Position numbers and translations under genes: made by a program. A stretch of 63,569 bases of DNA, filler included, from Folioceros fuciformis (Eukaryota), in the NCBI GenBank assembly GCA_049999805.1. It is 10 parts of 10 records of this genome, joined end to end, with 100 filler letters (N's around TTAATTAATTAA, not from the genome) between each part and the next. Parts side by side here need not be neighbours in the genome. Positions count along the whole stretch, not along the records: positions 27,482 to 39,301 come from JBNGIO010003372.1; positions 39,402 to 48,693 come from JBNGIO010003373.1; positions 48,794 to 54,324 come from JBNGIO010003374.1; 7 more parts are not named here. The stretch is one strand, 5' to 3'. How positions within the stretch are numbered: the stretch's first letter is position 1; every line of letters starts with the position of its first letter. The notes below the pieces were generated by a model. The model saw only the letters and a program-made list of their open reading frames with translations. It was not told the origin of the DNA and did no database searches. This document shows, piece after piece, positions 35,871 through 48,975 of this stretch.

Positions 35871-36253
35871 ATGGCACCCCATTCCGGAGCGGCTCCCTTG
35901 CGCCTGCCGTCGTTCGTCAGCTACAAGTCGGCGTCGCCTCCCTCACCGCTGCGGGTTCTACTGTGGGGAGCGGCGCTCATTCTTTCAGGATTTCTGCTCT
36001 TGGCGCTCTTCCTGTACGCCGCAATAATCTCTAAGCTTCTGCCACCGTCGAGGATCTTCATTCTGGACTCCATCCGTACTGACCGGTGCGTTTGCGTCTG
36101 CTGTCGCCCTCCATACCTTTGTTTGCATCCCTCACAGGCTCTTGCTTTTCTTGCTGCAGCTACTATTACCTGCTGGTTCCCTGTACCCTGCCGGTTCTCA
36201 TGGTTGCCATCTATTTCCACTGGTTGAGCATGAAGTTCTTCAAACATTCTTAG
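35871..36253 (+). CDS. PIG-Y: GPI-GlcNAc transferase subunit Y (PIG-Y)-like two-TM protein
   Basis: Exons 35871-36085 and 36160-36253 give ...FLYAAIISKLLPPS...IRTDRYYYLLVPCTLPVLMVAIYFHWLSMKFFKHS*, matching the plant PIG-Y pattern. Confidence 0.88.
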
Positions 36254-37742
36254 CTGGCCTGTGAGAAGAAGGTGATTACTCACGGCTGGTGGTGATTATC
36301 CAAGGCTGGTGGTGCAAAGGAGCAGTCCATGATATGACGCAGCCTTTTCCTCGCATCAATCTGCGGACGCCTTGTGCACGAAGAGCATGTTGCTTTCAAC
36401 AGGCTGGTGAGGTTCTTCGTCAGGAGCCAATCTTCCATCCTGCAATTGCTGGATTTGCTTCCTGATTTGGTACGTGCCTATTCCTTGTTTGTACTTAGAG
36501 CATCGATACATCACCTCTGCTTTTCTTGCCGAAACAAGGGTGGATTTCGTGAATGCACTGCCAGTGCCTCGGAGTCTAGCTTGCGATTTAGAACGCGTAC
36601 GTGTAGTGCCGGACGGCCATCTTCTGTGTCAGAGTCTGCGTGATTCGGAGCATAGCAGCAAGCAAGCGTTTTTCTGTTGTGTAGGGCTTATTTTTTCGAG
36701 CACCTCTCTTCGGTTCGTGCCCTTCTCGGCTCTTACCTTTGCTGAACTGAAGGCCAAGAATTTTTCATCCAGCACGTATTGGTATGTGCCTACATTCTGA
36801 TGCTGTAGCTACAGTAGTACCTCGATTCCTGACACCCAGAAACGTCATGCGCTATTTCTGAGGTGTTTTATCCCCCTCATCAGGACAACAGAGACCGTCG
36901 CCTTGGCAAGCTCGACATGGCGGCCCCACTAGCCCGTGGGGACCACCGTTTGTTAATTTGCCAGCGGCTGGCGCCGTCTGGTGCCGATGTCCTTCATGGT
37001 ATGTAAGTAAAAATTCCCTAAATGGTAAGTATGATCCGTTTCAAAATATACGTTGTTCTTAGTTATACTTTTATATATATTATTTTATTTTATTTATTAA
37101 AATTTCTGCATGCACGTAAATGGGACTTTATTCTATTTTTTATTTAAAATACTGCATGTTCATAAAGAGGATTTTATTTTTATGTTTGAACTAAAACAAT
37201 GCTGCATGCAAAAGAAGAGAAATGACTTCAAATCTTATGTGAGATACGAGAAGTATGAAGTAAGGAGAAGGCATTGTCATTTACAAAATCAAACCTTAAA
37301 ATATGGATTTGCTTCAAGTAATTGAAGCTCTCACTATCTAGATGGATCATCCAAGTTTCCTCCAATTACTATTAACACATATGTTAGACCTCGCACATTT
37401 GTGCACATGAACCTTTAAATCCCAAACAACTTGGGCACTCTGTAGGCATATAATGGAAAAGCTTAGATGACAACAAGAGTTGTTTGACCAGTTCTTAAGA
37501 GACTCTGAATGCAGGATGGTTGCAACAAGAGTATTAACAATTAAGAAACAATTATGTGTTACAATGTGTTAGTTTGTAACAACCATTGGATAAGGAAAAA
37601 GATTATGATTTTTTTCTGGTGTCAAGCACTCATAAATAATGCAAATCCTAGTATCATTGTCTATCAATTGTTATGTTAGTGAAAGCATGGAGGGATCGTA
37701 TTAGTCCACACACAATATGCATTTCTTTGAGGCAGAGTACTC

Positions 37743-37804
37743 GCGTAGAACTCAATTGAGCTAAGCTAGGCTTGCGTAGAACTCAATTGAGCTAAGCTAG
37801 GCTT
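37743..37804. repeat. 31-bp direct duplication
   Basis: GCGTAGAACTCAATTGAGCTAAGCTAGGCTT occurs twice in tandem. Confidence 0.85.
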
Positions 37805-38513
37805 GTCCTCAGTTCTTGTGTGTGAGCTTTAGCCCCTGCTACAAAGCAGATAAGGTTATGCAGACAAGGCATTCTTCACGTTTCCTTGTATTGGGAAGCC
37901 CAACCCAGCTCACCGTCGAACATCATAGCATGGAGGGAGTAGAGGAGCCTATACCTGCTGGGTAGCCTGGATCCCTTCGGCTTCCTCACCAATTTTGGGG
38001 ACCTAGATGTGTCCATCATTGGAACCATGTCCTCATGATCATTATCGGAGCAACTGGGGGTACCAAAAATAGCGCCAACTTCAACCCCTTCTTCAACCTC
38101 CACAAATCTGACAATCTCCGCTCCCAATGGCTTCAGCTATTCCTCCAAACTCTCCTTGCAGCCATTTGAGCTAAAATCATCCCAAGACACCCAATGCACA
38201 TCACCGCGGGAGCTATTGATGCCATCCCTAACCCTATCCCCATTTAGCCAGCTGCCAAGGAGGCCGCCTGCTCGTGTCCTTCCTTGTAGGGACAGGAGAG
38301 CTGGGCGGAGCAAAAAAAGGCATGTTGGCATCTCTCCCAACTTCAAGCCATCAGTCTCCATCAAAACTTCTTGAGTGAGCTTTCAAAGTAATGGATTGTG
38401 CTAGGGCCTAGGGGTTGTTTGATGTCTCACAACAAGAACCTGGAGGCTGGATAGAAGCCCCTTGATGGCGGGAGAAGTAGTCTGCTGCTCTTCACAAATT
38501 CCCGCGCACTCAC

Positions 38514-38916
38514 TGTACCTATGGCATACCGAAGGGGACACGCCCCCTCTCTCTAGGTTTTTTTACAAACACACGGGTTATGCATCCGCTTTGGCGTGTC
38601 CGCGAGTTTGAGAGTCAAAACCAAACCGGACATGCTTGCACTTTGCAAGCATGTCTTGCCCAAGCACGGGCACGCCCCCACCTATGGTTAAGGGGGGTGT
38701 TTAGGCTTCTGCCCTAAGGCTGCCTGCCATTAAGCCCAAAACGGGTTGTAGCGGTTGAGCCATGTCCCCTTTGGTGCGGCGTCTGGTTTCGTTGGTTTAC
38801 AAAAAGGAACAGGAAAAATATAGGCATCAAAAGGATATATTCGACTAGATACCCCATGGGAAACCATTAAAAAATGTATAGTGAGAGAGTGTCCCCTTTG
38901 GTATGCCATATGTACA
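38514..38916. mobile_element. MITE, ~400 bp, with 28-bp terminal inverted repeats
   Basis: Left end TGTACCTATGGCATACCGAAGGGGACAC; reverse complement of right end TGTACATATGGCATACCAAAGGGGACAC (2 mismatches). No internal ORF. Confidence 0.85.
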
Positions 38917-39159
38917 ACGTCATCAGGCTTTCAAACGTTTACGCTAAATCTCGTGCCCCCGATGTGAGGGCTTGTGTAGGCACCGTAAACCCTCCTTAGC
39001 TTAACGCCTCACGAGGACGAACAGCCAAGGCATGCCAGTGTCGGAGCCGAATACTGTACCAACTATGGAGAAAATCCAAACCCAAAGACGAATCTCTAAA
39101 CGAAACCTATCACCAATGCATGATCTGACATTGTATCGAGATATATCTTATCATGTCTA

Positions 39160-39301
39160 CTGTCGTTGCCGCCAGATTGTGTACTCTGTCTGATGTCGTT
39201 GCAGCCAGATTGCCAGGAAAGTCTACCCCGTCTGATTTCGTTGCAGCCAGATTGTAAGGAAAGTCTACCCCGTCTGATTTTGTTGTTGCCAGATTGTCAA
39301 G
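39160..39301. repeat. ~42-bp degenerate tandem repeat at contig end
   Basis: GTTGCAGCCAGATTGTAAGGAAAGTCTACCCCGTCTGATTT-like units recur 3-4 times. Confidence 0.85.
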
Positions 39302-39632
39302 NNNNNNNNNNNNNNNNNNNNNNNNNNNNNNNNNNNNNNNNNNNNTTAATTAATTAANNNNNNNNNNNNNNNNNNNNNNNNNNNNNNNNNNNNNNNNNNN
39401 NGCCCTACACTGACCATCGCCGTACACACCATCACCACCGCCCTATGCTCACGCAGATGAAGCAGCATGAAGTAGGGTGAAGAAGCATGCCTCGAAATCA
39501 ATCTTCAATGTATAATTGTAAAATATGTAAATATATGTAAAAAAATAAACGTACGTAATATATTTATAATATATAAAATATTCTATATATGCAAAATATT
39601 ATAATTTCAAGTAAAGATCCAAGAAAATTAAC

Positions 39633-41860
39633 TTATAAGCTCAAAATAGAGACACCTTCTTCTTCATAGTTTTCACTCTCCTTCCGAGATCTAGATTCTN
39701 NNNNNNNNNNNNNNNNNNNNNNNNNNNNNNNNNNNNNNNNNNNNNNNNNNNNNNNNNNNNNNNNNNNNNNNNNNNNNNNNNNNNNNNNNNNNNNNNNNNT
39801 ATTCTCCTCCATTTCACCATGGCGGATGTCTTCTACACCACTTTCTGCAACCACTTGTATTGGGTCAAGACTTTCTAAGTACGCCACCCAATCCTCCCAA
39901 TCTGTTGCTTCAATAGTAGCATTGTGTCGTGTTAACACTCTACTTTTATAGTAAACATAGACAAGCATACCAACCTTGTCCACCATGGCTCTAGCTCTAT
40001 TATCATGCCAAACCTGTTTCCAAGCACTCGAGTTTCTTTCCCCTCCTGTTATAGTTGGAGGAATGCTCAACAACTTCTTTGCTATTTTTGCAAGTTGTGG
40101 ACATTCCTCTTCATATGTTTCCTACCACTCCACACTGTTATACATCAACCCTTATTGAAAATGTAGCTCTTCATCAATGCATAACTTACCAAGTCTAAGG
40201 CGATAGTGATTGAACTACAACAAAACACAATGAGCTTCCCTGGTATTAGACGCCAATGCCTTCATAATACGCTCACCTTTCAACCTATCGGCTGTAGAAA
40301 TGCTGGGCAGCAATTTCCTATGCTTTGGATCTACTATTGCTGCAGCAATGAAGCAATCATGCCAACCAAACTCCTTCCGTGCACTCCACAAATCTCGCAA
40401 GTGTAGAACTAGTTCAGAAAACATAGCAGAGTTACTCCCTTGTTGCCTAGGATCACTATCTTGTGTTAGCAATTGACCAAAAGTGATAGTACTTTGCTCA
40501 TTAAAATGCACCTCAAGCTTCTCTAACATCCAATAAGCATCTCCTAAAGTAATCATTTTCCCCTCTAGTTGATGTAAGACATCACATATAGGTTGAAATA
40601 CAGAAATCAAATACTTCACGTCCAGCCAAAATGTTCCAGCACTATCTATCACCTTCCAAGTAATCCCAAAACTTTCATCACCGTTTTGAAAGGCTGAATC
40701 ATCCACGACTGTGAGAATGGCTTGCTTGTTAGCTATCTAGCTATTCATACTTAAAAGGAAGCTAGCAAACCTGGTTTTCACATCCTTCTGTAACTCTCGT
40801 TTGATCTTTAGTCTCCGTTGAGCCTTTTTCAACAAACCATGTGGAGCTGTCTTTGCTGTGAAGAAATGCACCACCTCCTTAGCTCCTACTATTGTTGTCT
40901 GGCACTGCCTCTGATGCACCAATATCTTTCAACAATAAGTTCAACACATGTGCTAAACACCCAAATGTTATAAGACTTGGTTGATGTTCTTGCATATGCT
41001 CCCATGTTGCTTTTATGTTGTTGGCATTATCACTAACCACTGCAATAACTTAATTTTCTAATCCATGTTTCTTAATAATCTCCACAAATCTCTCCTCAAT
41101 GTAAAGGTCAGTAACATTATCTGCCTTCGTACTGACTAGTTCTAAAAGAATACTTGCACCAACAGAACATGCTTGAAAGTTCAAAATATGATTAGAACCC
41201 CTCTTGCGTGACCAGCCATCACTAGTAAGAGTAGCCACGTTCCTACGTTTCATATGCTTTACAGCACCAGCTGACACTTCCTTATATATCTGTTTCAAGT
41301 ATATATTTACCAATTGCCAACAAGATGGTAATTGAAAGGAAGGCCTCAACAACTTAAAAAACTCCTTACAACTCTCACTTTCCACAATATTAAAAGGCAA
41401 TGCCATCTCATATAAAGCTTTAGCAAAAGAAACTTGTAACTTTGCATTTTCCTCATGGGACATAATATCTACAAAGGCATTTGGTGTTGTTTTCTTCCCA
41501 CTCTTGGAGGCACCTATGGAAATAGTAGTCATAGTACGTTGTTCAGATTTTGGTTGCACACCGGCCTTCATTATAGTATTTTTCACCTCCGCCACCACAT
41601 TTTGTAACTCCTGGCCTGGTCACTTGCTAAAAAACTAGGACATGAACCAAGTAAATGGAACTTTAAGCGAGAAACGTTTTCATTTGATAGGACTTGGGAG
41701 CAAAAGTTGCATTGTCGTTTAACTTCATTGCCAACCTGGATTGTCCGAAACAAGTCTGTAGCCCAACTTTTCTTTGTATTACATGGCCTTTTGCCAGAAA
41801 CAAGACTTAGTAGAAGGGCACTAAGTCCCCTTTTAGCAGGTCGTCTACTATGCTCCATGT
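39633..41860 (-). pseudogene. hAT-superfamily transposase pseudogene (BED zinc finger, DUF659/RNase H-like core, dimerisation domain)
   Basis: CNFC...RLKFHLLGSC, LPFNIVES, TLTSDGWS, VVSDNA, CLAHVLNLL, KTRFAS, LLSIPPT..GGERN, LVYVYY in successive frames broken by stops and frameshifts. Confidence 0.92.
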
Positions 41861-42909
41861 TTAGCAACTTGGACTTGACACGTCACAAAACAAAGTATTC
41901 AGATACCTTCAGATATCTTCAGATAAAACATCACAAAACAAAGCATCCAGATAGCATGTGTGTGAACAGCATGGCTGCTGTTCTTTCAGCAGCATGCAGA
42001 ACAACACTGTGTGAGAACAGCATGCATGCAAGAAAACTATGAACAACATGCTTGCGAGAAAATCTGCAAGAAAACTACGAACAACATGCATGCGTGAAAA
42101 CTTGCGAGAAAACTGCAAACAGAATGCTTGTGAGAAAACCTGCAAGAAAAGCGCGAAAAGCATGCCTACGAGAAAACATGTGAGAAAACTGCAAATAGCA
42201 GCAGGTTGGTCTGTGCATTGTAGGTACTCCAGGGAGGGTTTGTAGACGGGCGATGCTTCTTCAAGCTTAAAGCTGAAAATTACCATAAATTGTATTTTTT
42301 TTATTTTACGTACATATATAATTTTACAATATACAGTGTAATTACATGATATGTAATTATATTTTTTACTATAAAATAAAATAAAAATAAATGTAAAATA
42401 AGATTTTACTTTATAATAATTATTATAATAGTAATTACTCATAATTAGTAATTATAATAGTAATTACTAAAATGGGTCTCACCCGTAATACCCATAAGCC
42501 GAAGAGGATCCAAGGTCGAAGATCCCATTTAGGGAATTCCCATTTAGGGAGGGCTGACAATACTTGGCTCGGTAGAAGCCCTTTGCCCTCCGCCCGCTCC
42601 GTGTACCTTCTATATATATATATTAGTCGAATCCTGCTATCTATTCGTCTTTTTCATGACAAGAGCCCAGGAAAAGGAAAATACCATAATAGCAACCAAA
42701 GAAAGACTTTGGAGTGCCCTTATAGCTAAAACTTTTCTTTCTTTCTTATATCTCTGTCTATATATATGGTGAAGTTCATGTACGAGGAGAGCACTTAGTA
42801 AGTCAGCTTCGAGGCCATGGAGCGTGGATGGATGGAGCATGACAGATGTCTGGGATGGACCGGCTGACTTGCGATTAATGCTCGTGAATGCAATTGAAAG
42901 ATTGCGGAG

Positions 42910-45900
42910 ATGGCGATGCAAGGTTTGTTGCATGCCCTTGCTTGATCCCTGCCTGCCTGTGTGTAATGTAATATTCCATTTGGGCTGGTGGCAGGGCAGG
43001 CTGAAAATGCTCTTGGGTGTGCAGGTAAAGGCGTTGCCAAGCGCCACAAGCATGGTAGAGACAAGGCTCGGCGAGCCAAGAAGCAGAAAAGCCTCCACCA
43101 ATGGGCCATTAAGCAGGCAGGCAAGATGCGAAGAGGGGAGAGTCTCGTGCCACAGCGTTCAGGCGAAGAAGAAGTGGATGACCATGGCCAAGACCATCAC
43201 CATGACCCTGACCGTGCCCAGCCAGCTGCTGCTGCTGACTCCAGGCAGGGTGGTCGTAAGCGGGGCCGTGTGTGGGGTAAGGCGGGGAAGGGGAAGAGGA
43301 CTCGGACCAAATTTGAGGAGTATTTGGAACGGGACATGAAGATTACAGGAGAAGCTGATCTGGAGGCAGAGAGACGGCTTGCCAAGATGCTGAAGGTTAG
43401 GAAAGGCAAGCTTAGGGATGAAAATGACGGGCTTGTGGAGCTGTTGGAGGGGATCAGTCCCGTGGCTGATTGTTCTGAGGATGAGGTCTGTGCTGATGGG
43501 GGGGAGGAGGAGGAGCAGGAGCAGAAGGACGAAGAGGAACTGGCTAGACCTGTTAAGCTTGGAAGGAAGAGGGAGGGAGACAGCGCAGTCAAGCGTGGGG
43601 GAAGTAAGAAAAAACGACGGACTGGTTTGGATGACTCCAATGCTCAGGAAGTGATGCTGCACAACGGAGCTGATGGGTCGGAGGAGATGGCTGTGCGGGA
43701 GGACTCTAATGGAGTCGAGGATGGTGAAATGGCTTCACCGGAGGTCGATGAGGATGTCACCGACGAGGTGGTGGCGACTGAGGATGGGGCTGTGGCTGAA
43801 GCAGTGAAGAGTCCGGAGGGGGCTAAGTCAGCTTTGGCTGTGAAGTATGTCGCACCCCATCTGCGACAGTCTGTAGAAAAGAAATCCGAGGATACGATCC
43901 GGTTACAGAATCATGTCAGAGGTGGGTTTCTGTTACAACGGTGGCCATTTCCTGGGAGCCCACTGACCAAACCGTTCTGACAAAGTTTTGGCGATTTCGT
44001 GGTGAAGGGCTGCTGAATCGGCTGACTGAGTCTAATGTGGAACCCATTGTCTCGGAGCTGACATCCATGTTCCAGGTTCCCTCGATTTTTGCCATGCAGC
44101 TAGTTCATTCATCTTTTGCCGTGGCTTACCTGTTTTTCCCTCTAGCTGAGACAAACAGTAGCGGGGTTGTAGGTGCATGGTCGGCGGGTCATTGGGGACT
44201 TTATCATCCGGGAGATTTTGGGGGCATGTTGTAGTGGACCACGAGGGAATCAGCTGTGAGTATCTCATCCTTCCTCTTTACATGTGGTTGATGGTAGGTC
44301 AAGGGTGATGATAAGGCCCTCACTGACGGCTCTTCTGTGAAGAGCTACTAACTTGCCTGGTTTGATGCTTGTAGGTATGCGGCAGTATTTGCTGCATCTG
44401 TAGGAGGAGTTGCAGCGATTGTGGGGATCGATTTTGGAGCGAAATTCATGGCATCCTTGTCTGTGGCTTTCGAGGTTCAGGATTGTTGTGCTCTAGTCAT
44501 AATCTTTGATGCATCTGCGCATACTGGATGGTTGCTGCCATAGACATGATGTTGGTCCTTTTACCAATGTATGAAGGCAATGCCAGTGTATTGCACTGCA
44601 TCTTACCGTCAGTATGCTCATCTTGCAGGAGCAGTATCAAAAGGAGGACAGTCTCGGTTTGAGGAATCTTTCCCTCCTCCTTTCCAATCTATTCCTGTTC
44701 CACTTGCTTCACAGGTATCTGCTCATGTTCATTAAATGCTTACTATGTGGCTTACCCCTAAGGGCATCCTCATTTTCCACTGACCTTGAGTTTTGTTTGG
44801 GCTAGTGATCTGGTGTTTGACCTTCTAGGAGTTCTTTGCAAGAGATTTGAGGAGCTTGACGTGGCAACCATTCTATGGCTTGTACAATGTGAGAACTCGC
44901 TAGAACCGATTAGAATTGTCTCTTGATACGCTGCAATTCTGACAGAGAAGTAGGCTGAAATGATTTGTGCAACTTGGGGTTTTGTTATCGTTTCACCAGC
45001 ATGCGGCATGCAGCTCAGAGGAGATGATCCAAGCGCCATGAAGGATTTCATTTTGTCCGTCCAGCAACGCACAGCAGATCTAAAGGCCGTTCTTTCAAAG
45101 GATAATGCATCCATTGGGAAGAGGGTAATCACCGTCAAGAGTCTCTGCACCACAGTGATATCTGAGTATGGAATCGCTGACAGAAATATGGTGCCGCTGA
45201 TGATGTAGGTTGGATTTATGTTGGACACCATCTGTGACATAAAAAACAATAAGAGGCGACCGAAGGAGGATTCGATACACAACTCTCGTTTGAAGAAGTG
45301 GTTGCAAAAGGTGTGCTACATGTAGCTCTACTACTCTGATTTTGTTTCACTTTCTTAAGCCTTCTTCAAATACTAATAAGGGTCAACTCGGTCAGCTAAG
45401 GATCGAGGATGTTCAGCTGAGAGCTGTCACTTGGAGTAAGTTACTGGACCCAAGTAAGACGGGTCAGTGGTGGCTTCCCGGCGGAGATGGACAAGAACGT
45501 CACGAAGCTGATCCAAGAGCTGAAGTTGCCGAGGCAACGGATATCGGTGCAGTGGGGGCCGAGATGATGATTCAGCTGGCAGCTTCCCAGCGCATGAACA
45601 CCGATGCACGCCGTGCAGCTTTCTGTATCATCATGAGTAGTGAAGATTACTTGGACGCATTTGAGAAACTTCTCAGGCTGAAGCTGCCTGGGAAACAGGT
45701 GGGGTTCTCTTTCATTTGCTCAACCCACCACTGTGGACACAGGAGGTGTTGGTGCAGACGTAACTCTAAACATGGTGTTCCATTGTGCAGGATCGGGAGG
45801 TGTTACGGATCGTTGTGGATTGCTGTCTGCAGGAGAAGATCTTTAACAAGTACTATGCGCTACTGGCCTCTAAGTTGTGCCATCACGACAAGAACCACAA

Positions 45901-46442
45901 GTTCACCCTGCAGGTTGGCACTCTTAGCCATCAGACGTCGTCCCGGATTGAACTTTAAAATCGCTCGTGGATGGTTGTCGGAGCACATCATTGCTGTTGT
46001 CACTAAACATGTGGATTGCTGTCTGTAGTACTGTCTCTGGGATCACTTCAAGGAGCTGTCGTCCATGGACATCCAACGAAGCGCCAATCTGGCTAGACTT
46101 GTAGCTTACTTGATCAGTTCCTTTTCTCTCTCCATGACGGTTTTGAAAGCCGTAGATTTCTCAGATGCCAGGACGCTGACGCCGAAGGTAGTGATGCACT
46201 TTCGCATTTTCTTCAAGGTGCTTCTGACAGAGTACCCAGAAAACGTCGTCTGGGCCGTCTTTTCTCGGATTGCTGCTCCCCCAGAGCTGTCGATCCTACG
46301 GGACGGCCTTGCTCTGTTTCTCCACCAGCACGTTAGTGTTGCGGCGAAAAAGAACGACGGAGATAGCATGACCTTAGTTCAAAGATGTAAATTAGCCAAA
46401 AAGGCATTGTCAAATGTAATTGGAGTACAGATGAGCTCATAG
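42910..46442 (+). CDS. NOM1: Nucleolar MIF4G domain-containing protein 1 (NOM1/Sgd1; MIF4G + MA3 domains)
   Basis: Acidic/basic N-terminus, KYVAPHLR, GLLNRLTESN, GMQLRGDDP, FMLDTICDIKNNK, GQWW, AASQRMNTDARRAAFCIIMSSEDYLDAFEKLLRL, CCLQEKIFNKYY, LWDHFK. Start (MAMQG at 42910, intron to 42994) is a best guess. Confidence 0.93.
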
Positions 46443-47666
46443 CTCAGATTGACGCTGATTGCGATTTTGTTGTGGGGAACACCACGAGGTTCGCGACTTT
46501 GCCACCGACTTGGCTGCCGCTCAGGAGAGTGTTGCTTACCTTCATATACGTGATTCCTGTGTTACGAATTTTGGTGCAAATACTGCACACCTGCCTGCAG
46601 CTAGCAATCTTTTATCTTCCAGGGCCACCACCTCGAGCAGCATCTACCGCAATTTGTATGTAGTCACCACCGTAATCGAGCGAGGGACGCCTCAAGGCGT
46701 CTTACCCTAAATCTGTAGAGAATTCGTCCACCTTGGTTGCTCCTGTCGACGTCTCCGCACCGGCCCAACCTCGAGGATGCTGATAAAAGTGTCGCTGCTG
46801 CCTGCCTGCCCGGAATAGGAATCTGGCCCCGCAGCAACGACCCTCTAATCAGCACTCTAGAGTTCAGGATGAGGCATACGCTGGCGTTTAGGGGAGCAGA
46901 TCGGAGCAGACGCTCCGAGGGCGGTGCCGGCTTCGCTACAGTCCGAGGTGAGAGCCTCGTCAAAGATGGGAGCGCGCAGGAAGTGGCCGTTCAGGCTCTT
47001 GGCGGGGACTACGAGGTGGGGACGAAGCGTATGTGTGTAAATGACCGGCGAAAATGGTCACGAGCTTTACTTGTGCCACGTGCTGCTTTCGCCAGACGTG
47101 GCCTGGACTACGAGGTCAGCGAGTTGGGACAGACTGTGGCGCCAGACCCTGGAGTTTAGTGAAAATCAGGAGCGAGGGAGAGGAGACTCATTCCACGAGT
47201 CGGACAGTGACCGACCAGACCGCCGCCCATACCAGGGGCTCACAGCTGGGCTCAACGAGCCGTATTTGCGACGTAAGGAGCCTGGTGGTACATATCGATT
47301 AGGGCAGAACAAAACATGGCGAAGACGTGTAGTCTCTACCCCGATGGTAACGACTACTACACGCTACTATGTCGTGAGTGAGAGACCTTTGAATGCCGCT
47401 TCTCGAAAAATAAGACATCCGATCCGCACCCTTTGAGTTCTGGATGCATCCACGGAATGCTTGAAATGCTTAGAAACATATGCAGCTTCACTTGCGACCG
47501 GGCGGGAAGCTGCGATCACAATGGACAGTGAGACACGCCACCGACAGCACCCTCTTCCTTGTCAAGTGAGGAAACCCTCCACAAAAAGATGTGACCAAAA
47601 ATTGACAGTTCACCTCGTTAATTCCGCACAGACCCGACGTCCCTGCTACCATTGAGACAGAAAGCC

Positions 47667-48101
47667 TCAGTTGTCAACCTCCATAGTCTGAGCTACCTTT
47701 AATTTATCAGCAGCTGAAGGATTCACTTTCATCCCCTTCTTCAACTTGAAGCGTGTCTTCCTAATTTTCTTATCAACCTGCAACCCGCCGCGAGCAGGTG
47801 ATGTATAGGTCAGATTCTGCCTCATGTGCCAGAGAATACAGCACCGTGACAGGCCCGATAACCAACCCTACAGTACCTGCATCTTCCCGTACTTGGCCTC
47901 CCTCCGCTTGGCTCGTTTTTCTTGCTCCTCCTTCTCCCCTGCAACCATGGATGGTCAGGTCAGGTCAGCACGCGCCTGCAAGCTACAGGAACAAAACTTC
48001 GTAGACCAAGCTGGCGCGCGCAGCCAGGACTGCAGGAACATACGCTTGAGATCGAAGGCGTGAGCCTTCACCCGTGTGCTCAGCTTATTCTTCTTGGACA
48101 T
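47667..48101 (-). CDS. Small basic 76-aa uncharacterised plant protein
   Basis: Phase-consistent exons 48044-48101, 47877-47938 and 47667-47777 give MSKKNKLSTRVKAHAFDLKREKEEQEKRAKRREAKYGKMQVDKKIRKTRFKLKKGMKVNPSAADKLKVAQTMEVDN*. Confidence 0.8.
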
Positions 48102-48975
48102 CGCGACGCTTGATCTGCAGAAGCTGCAGCGACAATGTTCCAGGCCCGAGAGCGGAAGAAACCTCACAAACCCTAATCCAGGAGGCCTAGTAGGTGGTCG
48201 ACCAGGACCGGGAGCAGCACGATCCCACTGCCGGTCAGCCCGTCGCCAGCAAATAGAAATGTAGCCGCGACCTCGTCTGACGACCCGTGGCCCTGGATCT
48301 CTTTTACTTCTCTCCCTGCTGCGACACACGGCTGGTGCGCTGTTAGTTCCGGGCCGGCTGACGAGGCTTCAGATGCGCCGATGACACGGCAGGGATTCAA
48401 GATGTTTTCACTGAATCTGTTATTTCATAACAACACTGAATCTGTTATTTCATGACAACACACGCACAACAAGGGATATTTTCTATTATTAAAAAAGAAT
48501 TAAAAAGTTCCATCTATTCCAAAGATTGAAGATCATTATTTACATACTTACTTCATAGATATTTTTTATCCCTTGTATGCGGGATAATAAAATATTTCAG
48601 ATTTATATATAAATTTTATATCATGATATATTGGGAGCAATAAGTAGGTTTTAAGAACATCCCATGTTCTAAGTATCTTTTGGGTTTAAGCATNNNNNNN
48701 NNNNNNNNNNNNNNNNNNNNNNNNNNNNNNNNNNNNNTTAATTAATTAANNNNNNNNNNNNNNNNNNNNNNNNNNNNNNNNNNNNNNNNNNNNTTCAGGG
48801 GACGGTACGTTCGTTTTCTTAGGTGCGAGCTTTGCGTGTGGCATGCAGACTTGATTGTGAGGGGAGCGGGGAACAATGCATGTCGGCAGTCAGGGAACGG
48901 GGGGGGGGGGGTGGCTGGGTTGTTTCCCCCGCTGGATTGTCAAGATCCAGGGTACTGTTAGCCGGGATGTAGTTC

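Noticed and set aside
36374-36800. ORFs downstream of PIG-Y as a bicistronic partner (human PIGY is bicistronic with PYURF)
   Set aside because: Non-ATG starts and no recognisable domain; probably 3' UTR or intergenic.
39500-42340. Inverted similarity of AT-rich flanks around the hAT pseudogene as TIRs
   Set aside because: Low complexity and non-collinear matching blocks; cannot be supported.
46737-47436. ORFs between NOM1 and the microprotein gene
   Set aside because: No motifs or consistent splice structure.
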